Notes: generated by a model from the letters alone, not told the origin. A stretch of 64,000 nucleotides of DNA from Azolla caroliniana (GCA_043228905.1 JBHGNT010000017.1:930001-994000); one strand, 5' to 3'; positions 39,703 through 54,025 are shown, counted from the stretch's first letter. Numbers and translations are program-made.

Positions 39703-42700
39703 ATGAGTAGTAATGGCAATGGTACTGCAACGAATTCGCCGAGGCGTACAAATCCTGCATCCCTCAAGAGAGAACCTTCACTCAATAGAAGACGATTCTC
39801 CATCGATTCTCAATCAAACAGTAGTATATCTGGACGCAAACCTCGATCGTAAGTTCAGTATACACATACACACACATAAGCAGATACACACTCGTATATG
39901 CATACATAATATCATAAGCGAGAGGATCGACCTGTGCCCTTGCCATTAGTTTCATTATTTCCCATTCTAACTCATTATATAACATTTCGTGTGTAGGGAT
40001 TTCCCTTATAAATAACCTCAATTTCCCCTTCTTTCGGATCAGTTTCATTGTATATTAATGGTTCTTAGGAGATTTCAGTCATCTACTACGTCGTCTTATA
40101 TTAGAAAAGAACATCATTTTAATCCACAAAGAAAGGAGGGATAATGAGTCCTCAAACTCTTCTGTATGTGTATGCGTATTTCTATGTGTTCGTGTTTTAC
40201 CTGCTTGTCAGCTTTAAAATTGCTCCTTGGCTCTTGGCTTTTTACGATGACCCCTTATATGTACAAAAAGTTAAATAATTTCGATCTGTCCAAGGTAAAA
40301 TCAAAATTCAATTCTTGAGCTCTATATAATATGAGTGCATAATGCTGAAAATGTAAAAAACCAAATGCTTGCATCAAATAATCCGGCTAGTTAGCATTCT
40401 TTCGTTATAACTCAGACCATCCATCATACATAACGCCCAAAAGTGTGGCTAGGTTTATATCTTTTATATGCATAACAACACTGTTCATATACATTATACA
40501 TATATACATATATACATATACCTATACATATACATATTATGCATTACATATTACACATACCACATACCGTACTTGTACACATACACGTGCATACAGATGA
40601 TCAAGCCAACTTTGACCTTGTTTAATAGGCCTGGATCAAGTGAGAGAAGTGTAAAACAACTGAGGCTGTCAAAGGCTTTGACAATCCCAGAAACCACTAT
40701 GGTATCAGAGGCTTGTCGACGGATGGCAACGCGTAGAACCAATGCTGTTCTTCTTACCGATTCAAGTGCATTATTATCTGGCATCCTTACAAACAATGTG
40801 AGAATCCTTTGCAATGATTAAAGCTTGTCTTTTTTCATATGAGTATATCATAACATTATTTTAAACCTATTTTTTCAAATTTTTGTAGGATGTGGCAACT
40901 AGGGTCATTGCCGAAGGGTTGAAGCCTGAGGAAACCCCAGTTTCTGTAGTGATGACAAGAAATCCAATGTTTGTACCTAGTGACTCATCAGCTGTGGAAG
41001 CATTACAAAAGATGGTTCAAGGTAAAGGTGTCTTACTTTTAATAATTAATGATGCAAATATTTGAGATGGATATGCAGTAGCATTTTTGCATGTTTTATG
41101 ACTCATGAGGAAATAAAAAAAGTATCTTGAGATTTGTATTGGGTACTTGTTTGAAAAAAGTGGTTTCAGTTAAAATCTGATTCTTATCGTTCTAAAAGCT
41201 GTTGAAGTGTGATATTATGAATGCTATGAGCAATTACATTAGTAAGAGAAAAGTTGTTTAGAGTGGGGGCATTAACGATTGCATGCCATTGTCAGATCAC
41301 AATCTAGATTACTATGTTGTAATACAGACGTAAGGCTTTTGATTATTAGTAAAGAGGTATTTACCTATGTGCACTTTTATCTTATCATCCATTTCGGTAT
41401 ATACACTACTAATGTATGGATCACCTCCATATTGTTTGGTAGAGAGAATAAGAAGATCATCAAGACTTTTTACAACTGACATCCATGAGTTAATTCATGC
41501 TTATTAGGTTGATTCCACGATGTCTAGGATTGTGCAATCCTAGGATCGAATCACCATTTTTCAAATTAAAATAATGGTGGTTATTTTCAGGCAAGTTTCG
41601 GCATCTGCCGGTGGTGGAAAATGGTGAGGTTACAGCCCTCTTAGACATTACCAAATGTCTTTATGATGCCATTGTCAGACTGGAGAAGGTGGCAGAAAAG
41701 GGGGATGCCATTGCTGCTGCAGTTCAAGGTGTAGAGGTTCAATATGGTAACGTCATTTCAGGTATATATGAAATATCTCTTTCATTTCCAAGGTGTTATT
41801 TTAAATGTATATATAGGAGGTGCTTTTTTTCCTTCTAACTTTGATCTCTTCTTTTTGGCTCCATTCAGCACCATTGACTATTGTGGATGTGCTTCGTGAG
41901 AAACTGTTTCGGCCGCCCCTTGAGTCAATAATTCAAGAAAATTCCAAGTAAAAAGAATAGTAAAATGTACCATCTGCCTAGTGAAAGACTTGATCAATAG
42001 GAAAACTTAGATTTATCTAAATGTAATAAAGAAATAGCTTTTGTTTTCTCTTCGTGATATGTTGATACATTAACTTCTGGTTTTCTAGAGTGGCTACCAT
42101 GCTTCCCTCGGCGTCAGTCTATGAAGCTACAAAAAAAATGCAAGAACTTCAAGTCAATGCCGTGATAATCACCATAAGCAACAATAAACCCAAAGGAATC
42201 TTGACGTAACTTCTCTTAATCCTTTGCTTCACCGATGAATCATAACATTCTGTAGATTACGTTTTTCACATGATGTGGTGTTCTTTTACAATAATAGGCC
42301 AAAGGATATACTGACGAGAGTAATAGCTCAAAATCTTCCAATTGATACTACACCTATTGAAAAAGTAGGTTGAGGTGGCATCAAATTCATTACATTGTTT
42401 TCTAGGCATTGTTGTAAATCTGTGATGAAATCTATTGAGGTGAAACAGTAACAATTTTTTTGGATATGGGATGTAGGTAATGACCCCAAATCCTGAGTGT
42501 GCTACTGTTGATACTGCAATTGTGGATGCTCTTCATATCATGCATGATGGGAAATTTCTTCATCTTCCCGTGCTTGATCGAGGTTGTGGGAGTCAAGTCT
42601 TATGTTTCTGTAGAAAGTTTTTCATTTATAAAGAATTCCCTCATGATTTGAGTTAGGGCAGTTATAAGAAGTTACTTAAAGGTAATTAGGGCATTTATGG

Positions 42701-45402
42701 AACGAAAATTCATTGGAAGAGAATTAGGAAGCCTGACTTTTTTCTTTGATTATTATTTTTGCTATAGATGGAGTCGTTGTAGCTTGTTTGGATGTGCTCT
42801 ATCTCATGAATGCAGCATTTGCAATGGTAACGAAATAGATGCCAAATGCTTTTTTATGTATAATGGTTATTTTGTTGCTTTTTCTAAGAATCCCTTTGGA
42901 AGGGTGCATGTGTGTGTGTGTGTGTGAGAGCGAGAGAGAGACAGTTTGGTACATGGTTTTATTGAAGGCGGTTTGAACCTTTTCTCTATCTATGTAGTTG
43001 GGAAGCAACAATGGAGGGAACTCTGATGTGACAAATACAATGATGCAAAAATTTTGGGATTCAGCTCTTGCTCTAGAACTTCATGAAGATGCAGAGGAAG
43101 CACACAGGTTAGAATCTACATATAAATAGATAGATCAATAGATGGTTAGAGAGATACATACATAGGTAGATGGATGGATAGATAATTAATCGATCAATGG
43201 ATGGATAGACTGATAGATACATAGGTACACATGTTTGGTCTTTTCATATCAAAATAAATTTGAACTTAACCATTCACTTTCAAGCAACTGAATGATCAAC
43301 TGATAGAACGATCGACACATAGGTACACATGTTTGGTGTTTTTATATTAAAATAAATTTGAATTAAACCATTTATTTTCAAGAATTCTTCTCACAAAATT
43401 TCCCAACTTCCTATAGGGGCTACATCTTAGAGACTCCTTTTGATCCAAAGTAAAATCCATGAGTTCATTATTGACTTTGTTATGCTTCTTATCACTATAT
43501 TTTACCCGAGTTAAAACTATTAAAAATCCGTAGGATTTCATTTCTCTAATAATTAGTTTAAACATAATGAAATTTCAGTGAGAATTCTGTACCAAGATCC
43601 CCAGCTGAGTTTGGACCAGACCTCATAAAATCTCGTACAACAGGCTTTGGAACTTCTTTTGCATACAAACTTGAGGATCCTAAAGGTCGAGTTCACCGAT
43701 TCACCTGTGGTAAGGATGTGTGCCCTGTTTTCCCATCTTCATGGAATATATCCATATTTGAACAATGTTAATTAAATAATAAAAGAAAAAGAATGCTATA
43801 TAGTTGCTTAACCACACTAATCACCCATGACCAAAGGACAAAGAGACAAATACAAAACCCCATTGGCCTTGCATACCATTGATTATGGCCTTATATTGTA
43901 CCTTGGAAGTCAGTCAATGACAGATTCAAAATATGAGAGCTTTCCCTCAGCAGTTTCTCTAAGATGCGGTATAGAAGGAGGTCACTAGTTCTTTATACAG
44001 CTTAACTCCTTAATATTCTACACCACCACGTGTCCCAAGTCCTTAAGTGTTGTCCCAAGTCTTAGGGTATCTCGTTTCCTGTTGATCATACATACACTTA
44101 GATCCATTAAGATTACCCTTCACCGTTGTCCTTAAGGCTATGCCCTTAACACACATGTATATATGTGTACATGTGTTTACATAAAAGTCTGCATGTATAT
44201 TCATATATGTATGTAAATAATATGTAAAATTACTGTATGCCCATGACCTATTTTGTGCTAAAGTCATCTTTGCATTCTGGAAACATGACATAGGAACTGA
44301 AAGTCTAGCGGAGCTCCTCAATGCTGTCACACAACGAGTTGGAAAAGAAGCTCCACATATATTGGTAATTTAGATATCTCTTTGAGATCTAATTTAATAC
44401 TGTCTACAATTCTGATTTATAACATACTATGTGATCCATATCACAAGTATCAGTATATATCAATATTTTTCTTTATTGTTTTCTGCAGTATCAAGATGAG
44501 GAAGGTGATCGTGTAATTATTTCCACAGATAGTGACCTTGTTGCTGCAGTGAATCATGCCAAGCTACTGGGATGGAAGGTAAATACAATCTGGTTCATGT
44601 CATGAAGGTGTATGCGGATAGGGTTATAACATGCGTGTATGAGTGGGATTAAGGATGTATTATGCAACACTAAATAAAAGTTTATGAGTTTATAGATCAT
44701 TAATATTGAATTTTAGGATTTTTAGGGTTTGTACATCACGACATAGTGTACACCTCCAAAGTATGGTGTAAAAAATTTGGGTTTAGATTTCTCTCTTCCA
44801 CAAACTAGACAGAACATCGTATATACCTCTATTGTATCCTATATAGCATCTGGATCTAAATCCTCTCATCTATCAAAAACCCAAAAGGAAAAGAAATGGC
44901 CTAAGGACAAAGGATAAAGGATAAAGATAAGAACGGTGAAGAGACATTGAGGGCTACACCATTTAGTGCATTACTTGAGGTCGAATTCTTTCTAACCTGA
45001 ACCACATATTTATGATATGTGAAACCCACATATGTGTTACAATTTATGTATGGACCCCACATATGTGTTACAAAGTATGTGTGAACCCACATATTTTAGT
45101 TTTTGTGAACCACACAATTTGTCAAGTATGCATTAATTTTTGCGTACCTGAAACATTGAATCATTTCATGTGTCCAGGTTTTGAAGTTGCATGTAGAATC
45201 TGGTCCTGCTCATGATGACTATGGTGATGATATATCATCTTCTAAGAACCCTGTTTTGAATCAACCCACCATATCTCTTGAGGGCAAGAATGGGAGAAGA
45301 CAACAAAATTGGAGTTCTACAGCCTATACTGTAGCTGTCACTGGGGCTGCAGTTGTTCTTGGTATAAGCGTTCTTACATACCTCAAAAAAGCCACCCCTT
45401 GA
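39703..45402 (+). CDS. CBSCBSPB: CBS-CBS-PB1 domain protein (4 CBS motifs, PB1 domain, C-terminal TM helix). 14 exons: 39703-39848, 40629-40797, 40889-41021, 41591-41761, 41869-41947, 42089-42205, 42298-42364, 42477-42582, 42768-42826, 42998-43107, 43579-43709, 44294-44364, 44489-44578, 45178-45402
   Basis: All introns are GT-AG with consistent phases. Motifs: ERSVKQLRLSKALTIPE, GKFRHLPVVENGEV, VMTPNPEC..DALHIMHDGKFLHLPV, MMQKFWDSAL, FAYKLEDPKGRVHRF, YQDEEGDRV..TDSDL (PB1 OPCA), hydrophobic tail VAVTGAAVVLGISVLTYLKK. Confidence 0.96.
44995..45115. repeat. Intronic ~30-bp diverged minisatellite
   Basis: Repeated A.CCCACATAT(GTGTTACAA) units in the last intron of the CBS gene. Confidence 0.7.
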
Positions 45403-46487
45403 TCCTTCTGTGTTTTATGCAATTTCACACCACCTATTGTAAATCTTCTCATCATAAAACCCTCGTGGTGGTTGATTGCATTTTTATGCATGTATGTATG
45501 TTATGTTCTCATCTTTGAAGAAGATCTGCTCTCTCTTTTTGTAGCATCGTCGTATATTCTTCCCATCATCTCTACACCTCACTACTTGCTGTAATATGAA
45601 GTTCTCTCCATCTTGAATATGAAAGATCTTTCAAGGCAGAAGTTTCAGTCATCTAAGTTCAGAATATGAAACGCTTAGGTAATGAGATTCTCTAGTACCT
45701 TGGAAGTTGTACTAATTTAGTTATATTTGTTTTGGTTTGTCATCTCAAAGACATGCGACATTCTAGAATGCAATCTCACATTTAGGAAGATATGAGGTTT
45801 TAAAGTGTGCTTGTCCTAGTGAGAAAGCCCCAAGGAAAAATTTGTTCATTTAGTTTACAGTAGGACAGTCATTACAAATATGAGTGCAAACATCTTCTAT
45901 TTTTACATCAGCATATCATAACTCCCCATTTGAGTTATTCATGATAATTTCCACACATGGGAGGGAATTAATTTATGTTTTGAAAAAACCAGCACATTTC
46001 ATAAGTCCTACAAAATATATAGTTGTATCATAATTTCCTACTATATAAACAGGTTACATCCTCTTCTGGCACATAGTGGGGGAATAGGCAAGTCCATTGA
46101 TTACAAGAATGGATATGGTTGATTGTGTATGTATGCCAGTCAATATCAAGGTTCTAATTAATGACAATGACCAACGTTTCTTTAAACCCATGCCAATGGA
46201 AGACGTGCAAAGAATACAATGACTTCTAGAGATCTCTTCTTATAGTGTTATACCTTAGAGACAAAGCTTTCATTCCTTCACTTACAATGGATCTATGCTC
46301 CATGGAAGAACAAAATAATCATTGTTTTGGGCGGTCATGTAAAAGGTTGAATTTGACACTAATCGAACAAGGGCAGCAAGGCATTATGGAAACCAAACCA
46401 AACAAAGTACACACTTTTTTTAACTGTAGATCCATCGAAGTACAAAAAGAATGTTTCTTTGACAAGCCAAAACGAAACATTATTGAT

Positions 46488-49400
46488 TTAAAATGTTCTT
46501 ATCAAATACATGAAAAGCGAGAGACCATCTTCTCACTCAATTCCCACAAGTCTTTGGCTAGCTTGGGGTCTGTAGCCAACTCAATAGGGCTATCCTCTCT
46601 GCAGTCTGATAAGTATTTACCACTTACTCCTTCAAAATCAGGATGAAGTGCAGCATAGCAAGTTGTGGCAGCTCCCTAGACACGATATTTTAAAGAGAAA
46701 AAAAGATGCATTTTAGAAGCCATCTCATAGTCAGATTTTTGTGGCATCACTTGAACCATAAAAAAAATACTAAATTGTCTCACGAAGTTTTTATTTTTAA
46801 GTATATTTCTTTGCGGTGTCTTATTGAGCACATTTAAAGTTTCATGAGTATTAGGAATTTCAAAAGTGCTAGCCAGTAAAATTTCTCCCATTTCGTGCTA
46901 GCCATATGATATGCGAGGCTTAAATTTTTAATTTATTTTAGCATGCATTCTTTTAAGCAAGAAAACGAAAGCCTAATTATAGGCGTTAGATTGAGATTTC
47001 AACTTGTCCACTCAATAAATTGTTATGAGTAGCAATCAAGCACCCATTAAATGTGATTGCCTCGTGATTCAATTCCACAAGAGTAGACACAAATGATAAC
47101 TAAATCAGAAGAGAGCAGCACCTGAGGTATGCTTTTCCATAGGTAGAAGAATACCACCCTCCATATATCTACACCAAACATAAAGTTATGAAGGTAAATA
47201 ATGATTACTCAAAACAAGAAAAAGCTTTGCATTTTTCCTCTGTGGGGAAGATGCCCCCTCTAGCAAAGTGCACAATGCAGTGAGAATTTGTAGAATTTTG
47301 TTTGCGAGGAAACACCAATATTACTATATGTCACTTAGATAATAGAAGCTCATAATTTTGCACCCTTTTCTCTTTTATTGGTTATTCTGTGGACCTATCA
47401 TGCCAACAAGATGCAATGTTAACCCGTGATATAGTGGATTGTATCAATTAATTGATACACATTAGTTGTCTCTTTCAACTGTTTTAAAAAGGCAGTTATT
47501 CATGCACAAAAAGTTGATGCCATTAGAAATCCTATGTATGTACAGACTTCAATCCGAAGTTATTTTCTCATTTGGAGTTGTCATATAGTGGTAGATTGCA
47601 AGCCATGCTTTATTCACCCGTGTCCAAGTGAATTCCACTGATCACCTGGAGGCAACTTCTTTGATTTCATAGGTCATCTGGCCTTTCATAGACATCACTA
47701 TAATTTCCTTTTCCTTTTCCACTTACAGGCAAACAGTAACACGTGTTTTTGAAGATTTGTGAAGATGTAACCCGGATGAACACTATTCACAGTAACTAGT
47801 GCCTCCTCCTCCTGCAATACGTAGTTTTATCTGTTAAGGACTCCCTTTCGGCTACCTCCAGAACATAAAAGAATGGGAATTTTTAGATTGTAAATTGAAA
47901 CCTTCAGCCTTCTTGCCAATTCATGGCAGTGAAGTATGTTTGCTAACTTGGATTGACCATATGCTTTCAGAGGAGCATACCTACAAATTTAGAATATTGT
48001 TCTTATTATTTGTCATAAAAACATGCAAATAAAATAACTTAATGTGGTATGTTTATTCTTGTTTACCCTTCCTTGGCACTTATTCTATCCACACGAATCC
48101 CTTCACGGTATCCATACTTGTGATAACAGGATGTTAAAATAACTATTCTCCCTTTAATTTTGGATTTGACAGCACTTTCTTTCATGATGTCAAGAAGCAA
48201 TTTTGTTAGTAAGAAATGCCCTGTAAACCATTCACACGTAGATCTCAGGCATTACATCACTTTTTAACTTGCATAATATCAGACAAGTATCAGTTTTATA
48301 AACTTAATCGCAGCACTTTATCCTGAACTCCACTTAATTAGCTTCAGTATAACCAATTATAAAGGAACAAGGGAAGAAAAGATTAATTACCGACATGGTT
48401 CGTCGCAAACTGCATTTCTATACCATCCTGTGACAATGCAAATGGGCAGTACATCACACCTGCATTGTTTCTGTTCACCATATTTCATTCAATAAATTGG
48501 TTCATATCTTTCAAAGTGTAAAAAGGGAACCAAAACATTTAAAAATGAACTTTAAAATACATACATCAGGATGTTTAGCGACTTATTTACGTCTTTAAAA
48601 TTCTTTAGAAGTGTAAAAAGGGAACCAAAACATTTAAAAATGAATTTTAAAATACATACATCAGGATGTTTAGCGGCTTATTCATGTCTTTAAAACTCTT
48701 TACAAAAGATTGCACTGATGCCAAAGAACTAAGATCCAAGTTTAGCGTATCAATTTTGGCATCAGGTTGATCATTGCAAATCTTTTTTTTCACTATTTCT
48801 GCTGCTTCTAAGTTCCTAGCAGCTATAATGACGTGCACTCCTCTTAATGCCAATATCCGAGATGTCTCCTCACCAATACCACTGGCACCACCTAAAATGT
48901 TTTTTATTGATTTTCAGAGACCTTATAAATAGACCATAATTGGAGCATTCTATTCTGGCATAAATATTTCAACAAAAAGAGCCCTTTCTGCTTTCCCTGA
49001 CAATGTCAATAAATCAAATCTACTTAATAATTAAAGTACCAATTAGCAATATATGCTACGTGCACCACGTGAAAATGGGAAAGGGGTACATTTTACAATT
49101 TTCACAGCATAAGAAAGGCATTAGCTACAAACCTTGAGCACGATGCACTATAGGTATGATATTAATAAATACAGTTCAGACATTATGTATAGGACGACCT
49201 TGAGTTCATATGTCCATCAATATCAAATATTCAGATATATATGATGATTGCCTTATGAATACCCATCCACGAGCACAATAAAAACATTTCTTTTACACTT
49301 TTGTTTTCAACGATGCACATATATATCTACAAAAATACTTCCTTTATGATTTTTTATATCCATGTATAAACACAATACATCTATACAGAACCTTTCCTTT

Positions 49401-50266
49401 AAACTGATTTATCCACGTACAAATAGAATATATCTATACAAATGTTTCTTTTACACTATTTTGTATCTACATATGCATAATATATCTATGAATACGTTTC
49501 ATCCACTGTGTTTTTCAATGCATATCTTCAATAATGATATCCTTACATTCATGTACACAATATAACTACCATTAAAAAGTTTCCTTCATAATGTCTTGCA
49601 TAATATATCTCAGAAAATGCTTCCTTGAATTATAATACATCCACATACACAATGTATCTACAAAACATTTTCCAGGGATGTAGAAATATTAAATCTAACA
49701 GAAATGGTTCATTTAACTCATTTTGCATACATATAGACAGCATATCTACAATAAAATCATCCCTGCACAATAAATATACAAACTCGTTTCTTTTACAGTG
49801 ATTTCCCAGTCAGGAAAGGCGTGCAATATATGTGCAGCAACTGTTCATTTATACACTTTTGCTTCCATATACCTACAACGAGATCATCCATTTACACAAT
49901 AAATCAATACTAATTTTTCCTTCACGGTGATTTTCATCCATATCGAGCGCACTATACCCATAAAATGGTTCTATTTAGAGTGATTTTTTAAGCGTACCAA
50001 TACAATATTTCTACGAAAATGGTTTATTTATGCTCATTTGCTTCAATATAAATAAAACATTTATAACTAGATCATTAGCGATAAGAACGATTAAAAAGAA
50101 GAAGAAAAACACAGCAAAAGAATAGAATAGACAAAGACTGTGAGAACTCACCAGTGACAATGGCCGTGAGTTCAGAACCATCGATGCCTTGTGTGACTTC
50201 TTCAGCGGTGGAGTGAAAGCCAAACCTTGGCTGCATTGTCTGCTTCCTCAGGAACCAACCTACCAT
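46488..50266 (-). CDS. TIC32: Short-chain dehydrogenase/reductase, Tic32/retinol-dehydrogenase-like. 8 exons: 50266-50152, 48891-48660, 48470-48391, 48220-48067, 47980-47902, 47811-47727, 47168-47122, 46675-46488
   Basis: Motifs: [23 protein letters not shown] (Rossmann), [29 protein letters not shown], catalytic [40 protein letters not shown] introns in phase. The symbol denotes the family; orthology is not established. Confidence 0.95.
49260..50020. repeat. Highly diverged ~50-55-bp tandem repeat in SDR intron 1
   Basis: Recurrent ACAATATATCTAC.AAAA..TTCCTTTA..GATTT..ATCCA units, roughly a dozen copies. Confidence 0.65.
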
Positions 50267-51339
50267 AGCCTGTTTATATGAATATACAGAAGGCCAAAAA
50301 GGAGAAGGCAACACTAGTCCTTTAGACAATACTACGTTGTGAAAATAGGAAGGACCTGAGAATGGGAACGGCAGAAACCCTAGAACCAAACCCTAATCCA
50401 GAGACCGCAGAAGCATCAACATGAAGCTAAAAGGAGCATGCAAAAATATTGAATTTCTCAAGGCGTGCGTTGGGGAGGTGGTAACTTGTAAGGCAACACA
50501 ATATAATATATATACATATGTGTGTGTGTGTGTGTGTCTGTGTGTGTGTGTTTATTTATTTATATATTTATTTGCTTGTTTATTTATTTATTTATTTATT
50601 TATTTTGTCTGTTTGTTTATTATGTACATATACGATGTGTGGAAATTGGAATCATCCATCATATGCCATAAATGTGTAATTGATCAATTTACTTCGGTTT
50701 CCCCACCTCTCTTTTGTTACATAACATAATTGGAATTGGGGGGTGGGTGGGTACTCGTAGGAGGCTTGACCAATTTGGAGTGTTATCACATTAATGCTCA
50801 ACACCGACATTCACAAAGTCTATCGCCATCGTCTCTTAGTACTAGTCCTCTCTCTGTTTTTGAGTCTGAGATTTACTGTAGGCTACAGTCTGTAGCCACG
50901 CGAGGATCACCGTTGTCTCCATCTCCATTTCAACTCGGATTTGAACACTCGATCCACTAGACATGACAATGGTTGAGGTTCATGTATTGTCGTTCTCAAT
51001 TCTCTTCACTAAAAGGCCCTTGTCACTCGCATTAATGCTCAATGATATTCAAGTTTTCTTTACCCACATGGTTCTCTCCTCTTTGTTTCAATTGGAATCA
51101 ATTGAGTGGGCGTAGGAAATGACGATATAGTTCTTGGAAGGCTAGCAACATGACCTAATGTGACCCTAAAAACCATTACAAGTGGGTTTCCTCTACCAAA
51201 GATAAGAATGCTCAACACAAGTGGCTTGTCCAACACAAGTGGCTTCTTAAATAAGGTCGTCCCAATGCCAATGTATAAAGATGTATATGTGCATGCATAT
51301 ATATTATAGGCCTAAGATACATGGGTAGTTGTGTACTAA

Positions 51340-51530
51340 TCTTATCTTATATTATATCGTTGATAGTTGTTTCAATAATGACAAATATATTTTTTATTAT
51401 TCTCGGAAAAAATTATTTGTGGGACCATAGTGAAACATTTCACATTTGTGGAGTTGAGAAGTGACTCTTGATGTTGAAGAATTTACTAATCAACGTGCAA
51501 CTGAGAGCATATTCTAGATTAGGAGAACAT
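51340..51530 (-). mobile_element. Short 3'-end remnant of the RTE-X-like family seen at 31976-32618
   Basis: GTGACTCTTGATGTTGAAGAATTTACTAAT..GCAACTGAGAG aligns by eye with GCGACTCTCGATGTTCAAGAACTTTACCAAT..GCAATCGAGAG at ~32076. Confidence 0.6.
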
Positions 51531-51889
51531 TATGGTTCAATTGACCATGCCACGAGACAATCCCCAAGCGATCAACTACTTCCAACAAGTCCCTCATGGA
51601 CACCTTTGATCATGTTTGAGCTTGATTTACTTGCATCTTAAAAACCTAACTTGTTCTATAAGTAAAAATGTGAACAACCGGTAATTAGAGTGAGGTTTCT
51701 CCACAATACTAAGCTATTTAGGAGGAGCATTTGCAAACCTGATAATGCTTTGAGGAGGTTAAGCAAAAATAGTGGAAGAAGAAGACAAGTAGGAAATTAA
51801 TCAATCATTAATAAAATAAATAAATGATATTGCGTGAGGCAAGAGCTCATCATACACAAAAAGCTCTTGAGTGAACTTTACAATTATAA

Positions 51890-52560
51890 GGAGGGTAGAC
51901 CCAAAAGGTTGAAAGTTTGACGACGTGAACATAGCCATATGGAAGTTCTAATTCAAAGAGACAATGGAAGTCTGTCAAAGGAAATAGATCTATGGAGAAT
52001 TTCGATTAGTTAACGATATTCTATACAACCCAACTTCATCTCACGGATAATGTCTACTTCTCAGCTGTAGACTCTCAAATCTTAGAAAAGATTTGGAAGA
52101 AGTCATGTGATACATACAAGAAAAAAGTTGAATCCAACGATGCATGTTTGGTACATTTGTTGCACATGACATTTGGATGAAGAAATGTAATTTGGTCACC
52201 ACCTAGTTAATAAGTTTGATTTGATGAAATTGGCATTGCAAGGCATGATGTTGATGTACACATTGCCAACCTCATGGGATAATTTTTATACAATATTCAT
52301 TACAAATGCGCAGATGGCATATGATCATAAACAAAAGTATGTAGATCCTTTCTTGGAAAGTTGATATTCCCAAACTAGATGGTCAATGCACAAAGCAACG
52401 AGGTGCAAAATATGCATGACTCACAAGTAGATACTATGACTAAAATCATGCTAAGAGCAATAGAGGAGAATGCCAGTGACTAAATTCTATCCTAGTTGAA
52501 GGAGACAAAGTGCTAAAAGGGATATAATTGGAGGTGTCCCTATGAATGGAAGAGTGTATT
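51890..52560 (+). mobile_element. Highly degenerate Ty1/copia gag-pol remnant
   Basis: KFDDVNIAIWKF...DLW resembles the copia gag N-terminus; the frames downstream are broken. Confidence 0.4.
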
Positions 52561-52783
52561 GTGGCAATGATTGGCATGTGGTGGGTATGCTCTCTTGGTA
52601 GATAAGCTATTGCATGCATGGATTCTATACTCAGGTACATTATTCCATTTAACACCGCTTAAAGGGTGGCTCACCAGCTATGATACCCATGGTGTCAATA
52701 TCTTCTAATTGAGAGATTCTCGTTGATATGTTGTGATGTACAACAAGAAATGTGAGATAATTCGTAAAAAGTAACAAGTATAT

Positions 52784-54025
52784 TGTGGTGTGCATGTGTT
52801 CCTTTGTGCTACCCTTTTAGCACACCCTTTTTAGGATGCATGTACCTAAGCCGACCCACCCTTTTAGCACACCCTTTTTAGCTAAGCCAACCCAAGTGGG
52901 TACCTTTGTACCAACTATAAATTGTGCAAGAAATAAAAAGCTAAGTAGGTTGGTTTTAATCTCTTCTATGCATTTCACATATTGGTGGAGAAGCGGGGTA
53001 CCAATCCCCCACGTCCAAGCATCCACCTCTTCCCCCTCACCTTAGGTTGCCCACTAACTTCTTGTCCCACGAGTTCCCCCGATCACCCTCCTACACGATA
53101 GCCCTCATGTCCCCCACCTCAGCCAAGTCCAGGTGGCCCTCGGTCCACAGGAGGGATTGATCTTTCCCTGCCAATTGATCTTTCATGATCCCCCTCCGAC
53201 ACGATACCCCTCCTTTCCCCCACCTCAACCAAGTCTAGGTGACCCTCAGTCCACAAGAGCGATTGATCTCCATCCACCTATAGCCCTCTTGTGCCCCATC
53301 TCAGCCAAGTCTAGGTGGCCCTCAGTCCATAGGAGGGATTGATCTCTGTCCCCCAATTGCTAGCTCGTTTTCCGTAACTAACCCCATCCAACTATTATCT
53401 TATCAAGGCCGCTAGTTCCACGAGGATGTCCTCAACGTCGTTGCAGCTCAAATAGGTGTCTAGCAGGTGTTTATGTCTCCATACCATCCTCAAACCAATG
53501 GCCTCACAGACCGCCTCAACAAGACCCTTGAGCAAGAGGTTGCCGCACGAATCAGCCCTTCAACAAGCCAGTGTCATGAATTCTTGGTTCTAACAGCCAG
53601 CTCCCAAAACCTACAAGTCGCACAACAACACCAGAAGCATCGAGGAATTCGGCTTGTTCACTGTAGTTTGTGCCATCAAATTCACCACGTACTTTCTCTG
53701 ACATGATACCAACGGCTGATTTGCTTCCTCCCACGTTGCCCGCATCAAGCCATATACTACCCTAGGCCCATTTGTTGACCCTCGTCCTTTCCCCATGTCG
53801 TAAATCTCCTTATTTCTCTCGAGGGGAAATGTGGTGTGCATGTGTTCCTTTGTGTCACCCTTTTAGCACACCCTTTTTAGGATGCATGTACCTAAGCGGA
53901 CCCACCATTTTAGCACGCCCTTTTTAGCTAAGCCAACCCAAGTGGGTACCTTTGTATCAACTATAAATTGAGCAAAAAGTAAAAAGCTAAGTAGGTTGGT
54001 TTTGATCTCTTATGTGCATTTCACA
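52784..54025 (+). mobile_element. Miniature non-autonomous LTR element (TRIM-like, 1242 bp); LTRs 52784-52979 and 53830-54025
   Basis: Two 196-bp TG...CA direct repeats. PBS TGGTGGAGAAGCGGGG (tRNA-Ala-like), PPT GAGGGGAAA, integrase scrap SPYHPQTNGLTDRLNKTLEQ and three internal direct repeats. Flanks ATAT/ACAT. Confidence 0.9.

Noticed and set aside
40597-40628. Alternative acceptor for CBS exon 2 (ATACAG|ATGATC)
   Set aside because: Joined to exon 1 (phase 2) it gives an immediate TGA stop.
46245-46646. 133-aa plus-strand ORF
   Set aside because: Antisense to the last SDR exon and 3'UTR, non-ATG start, no recognisable motif.
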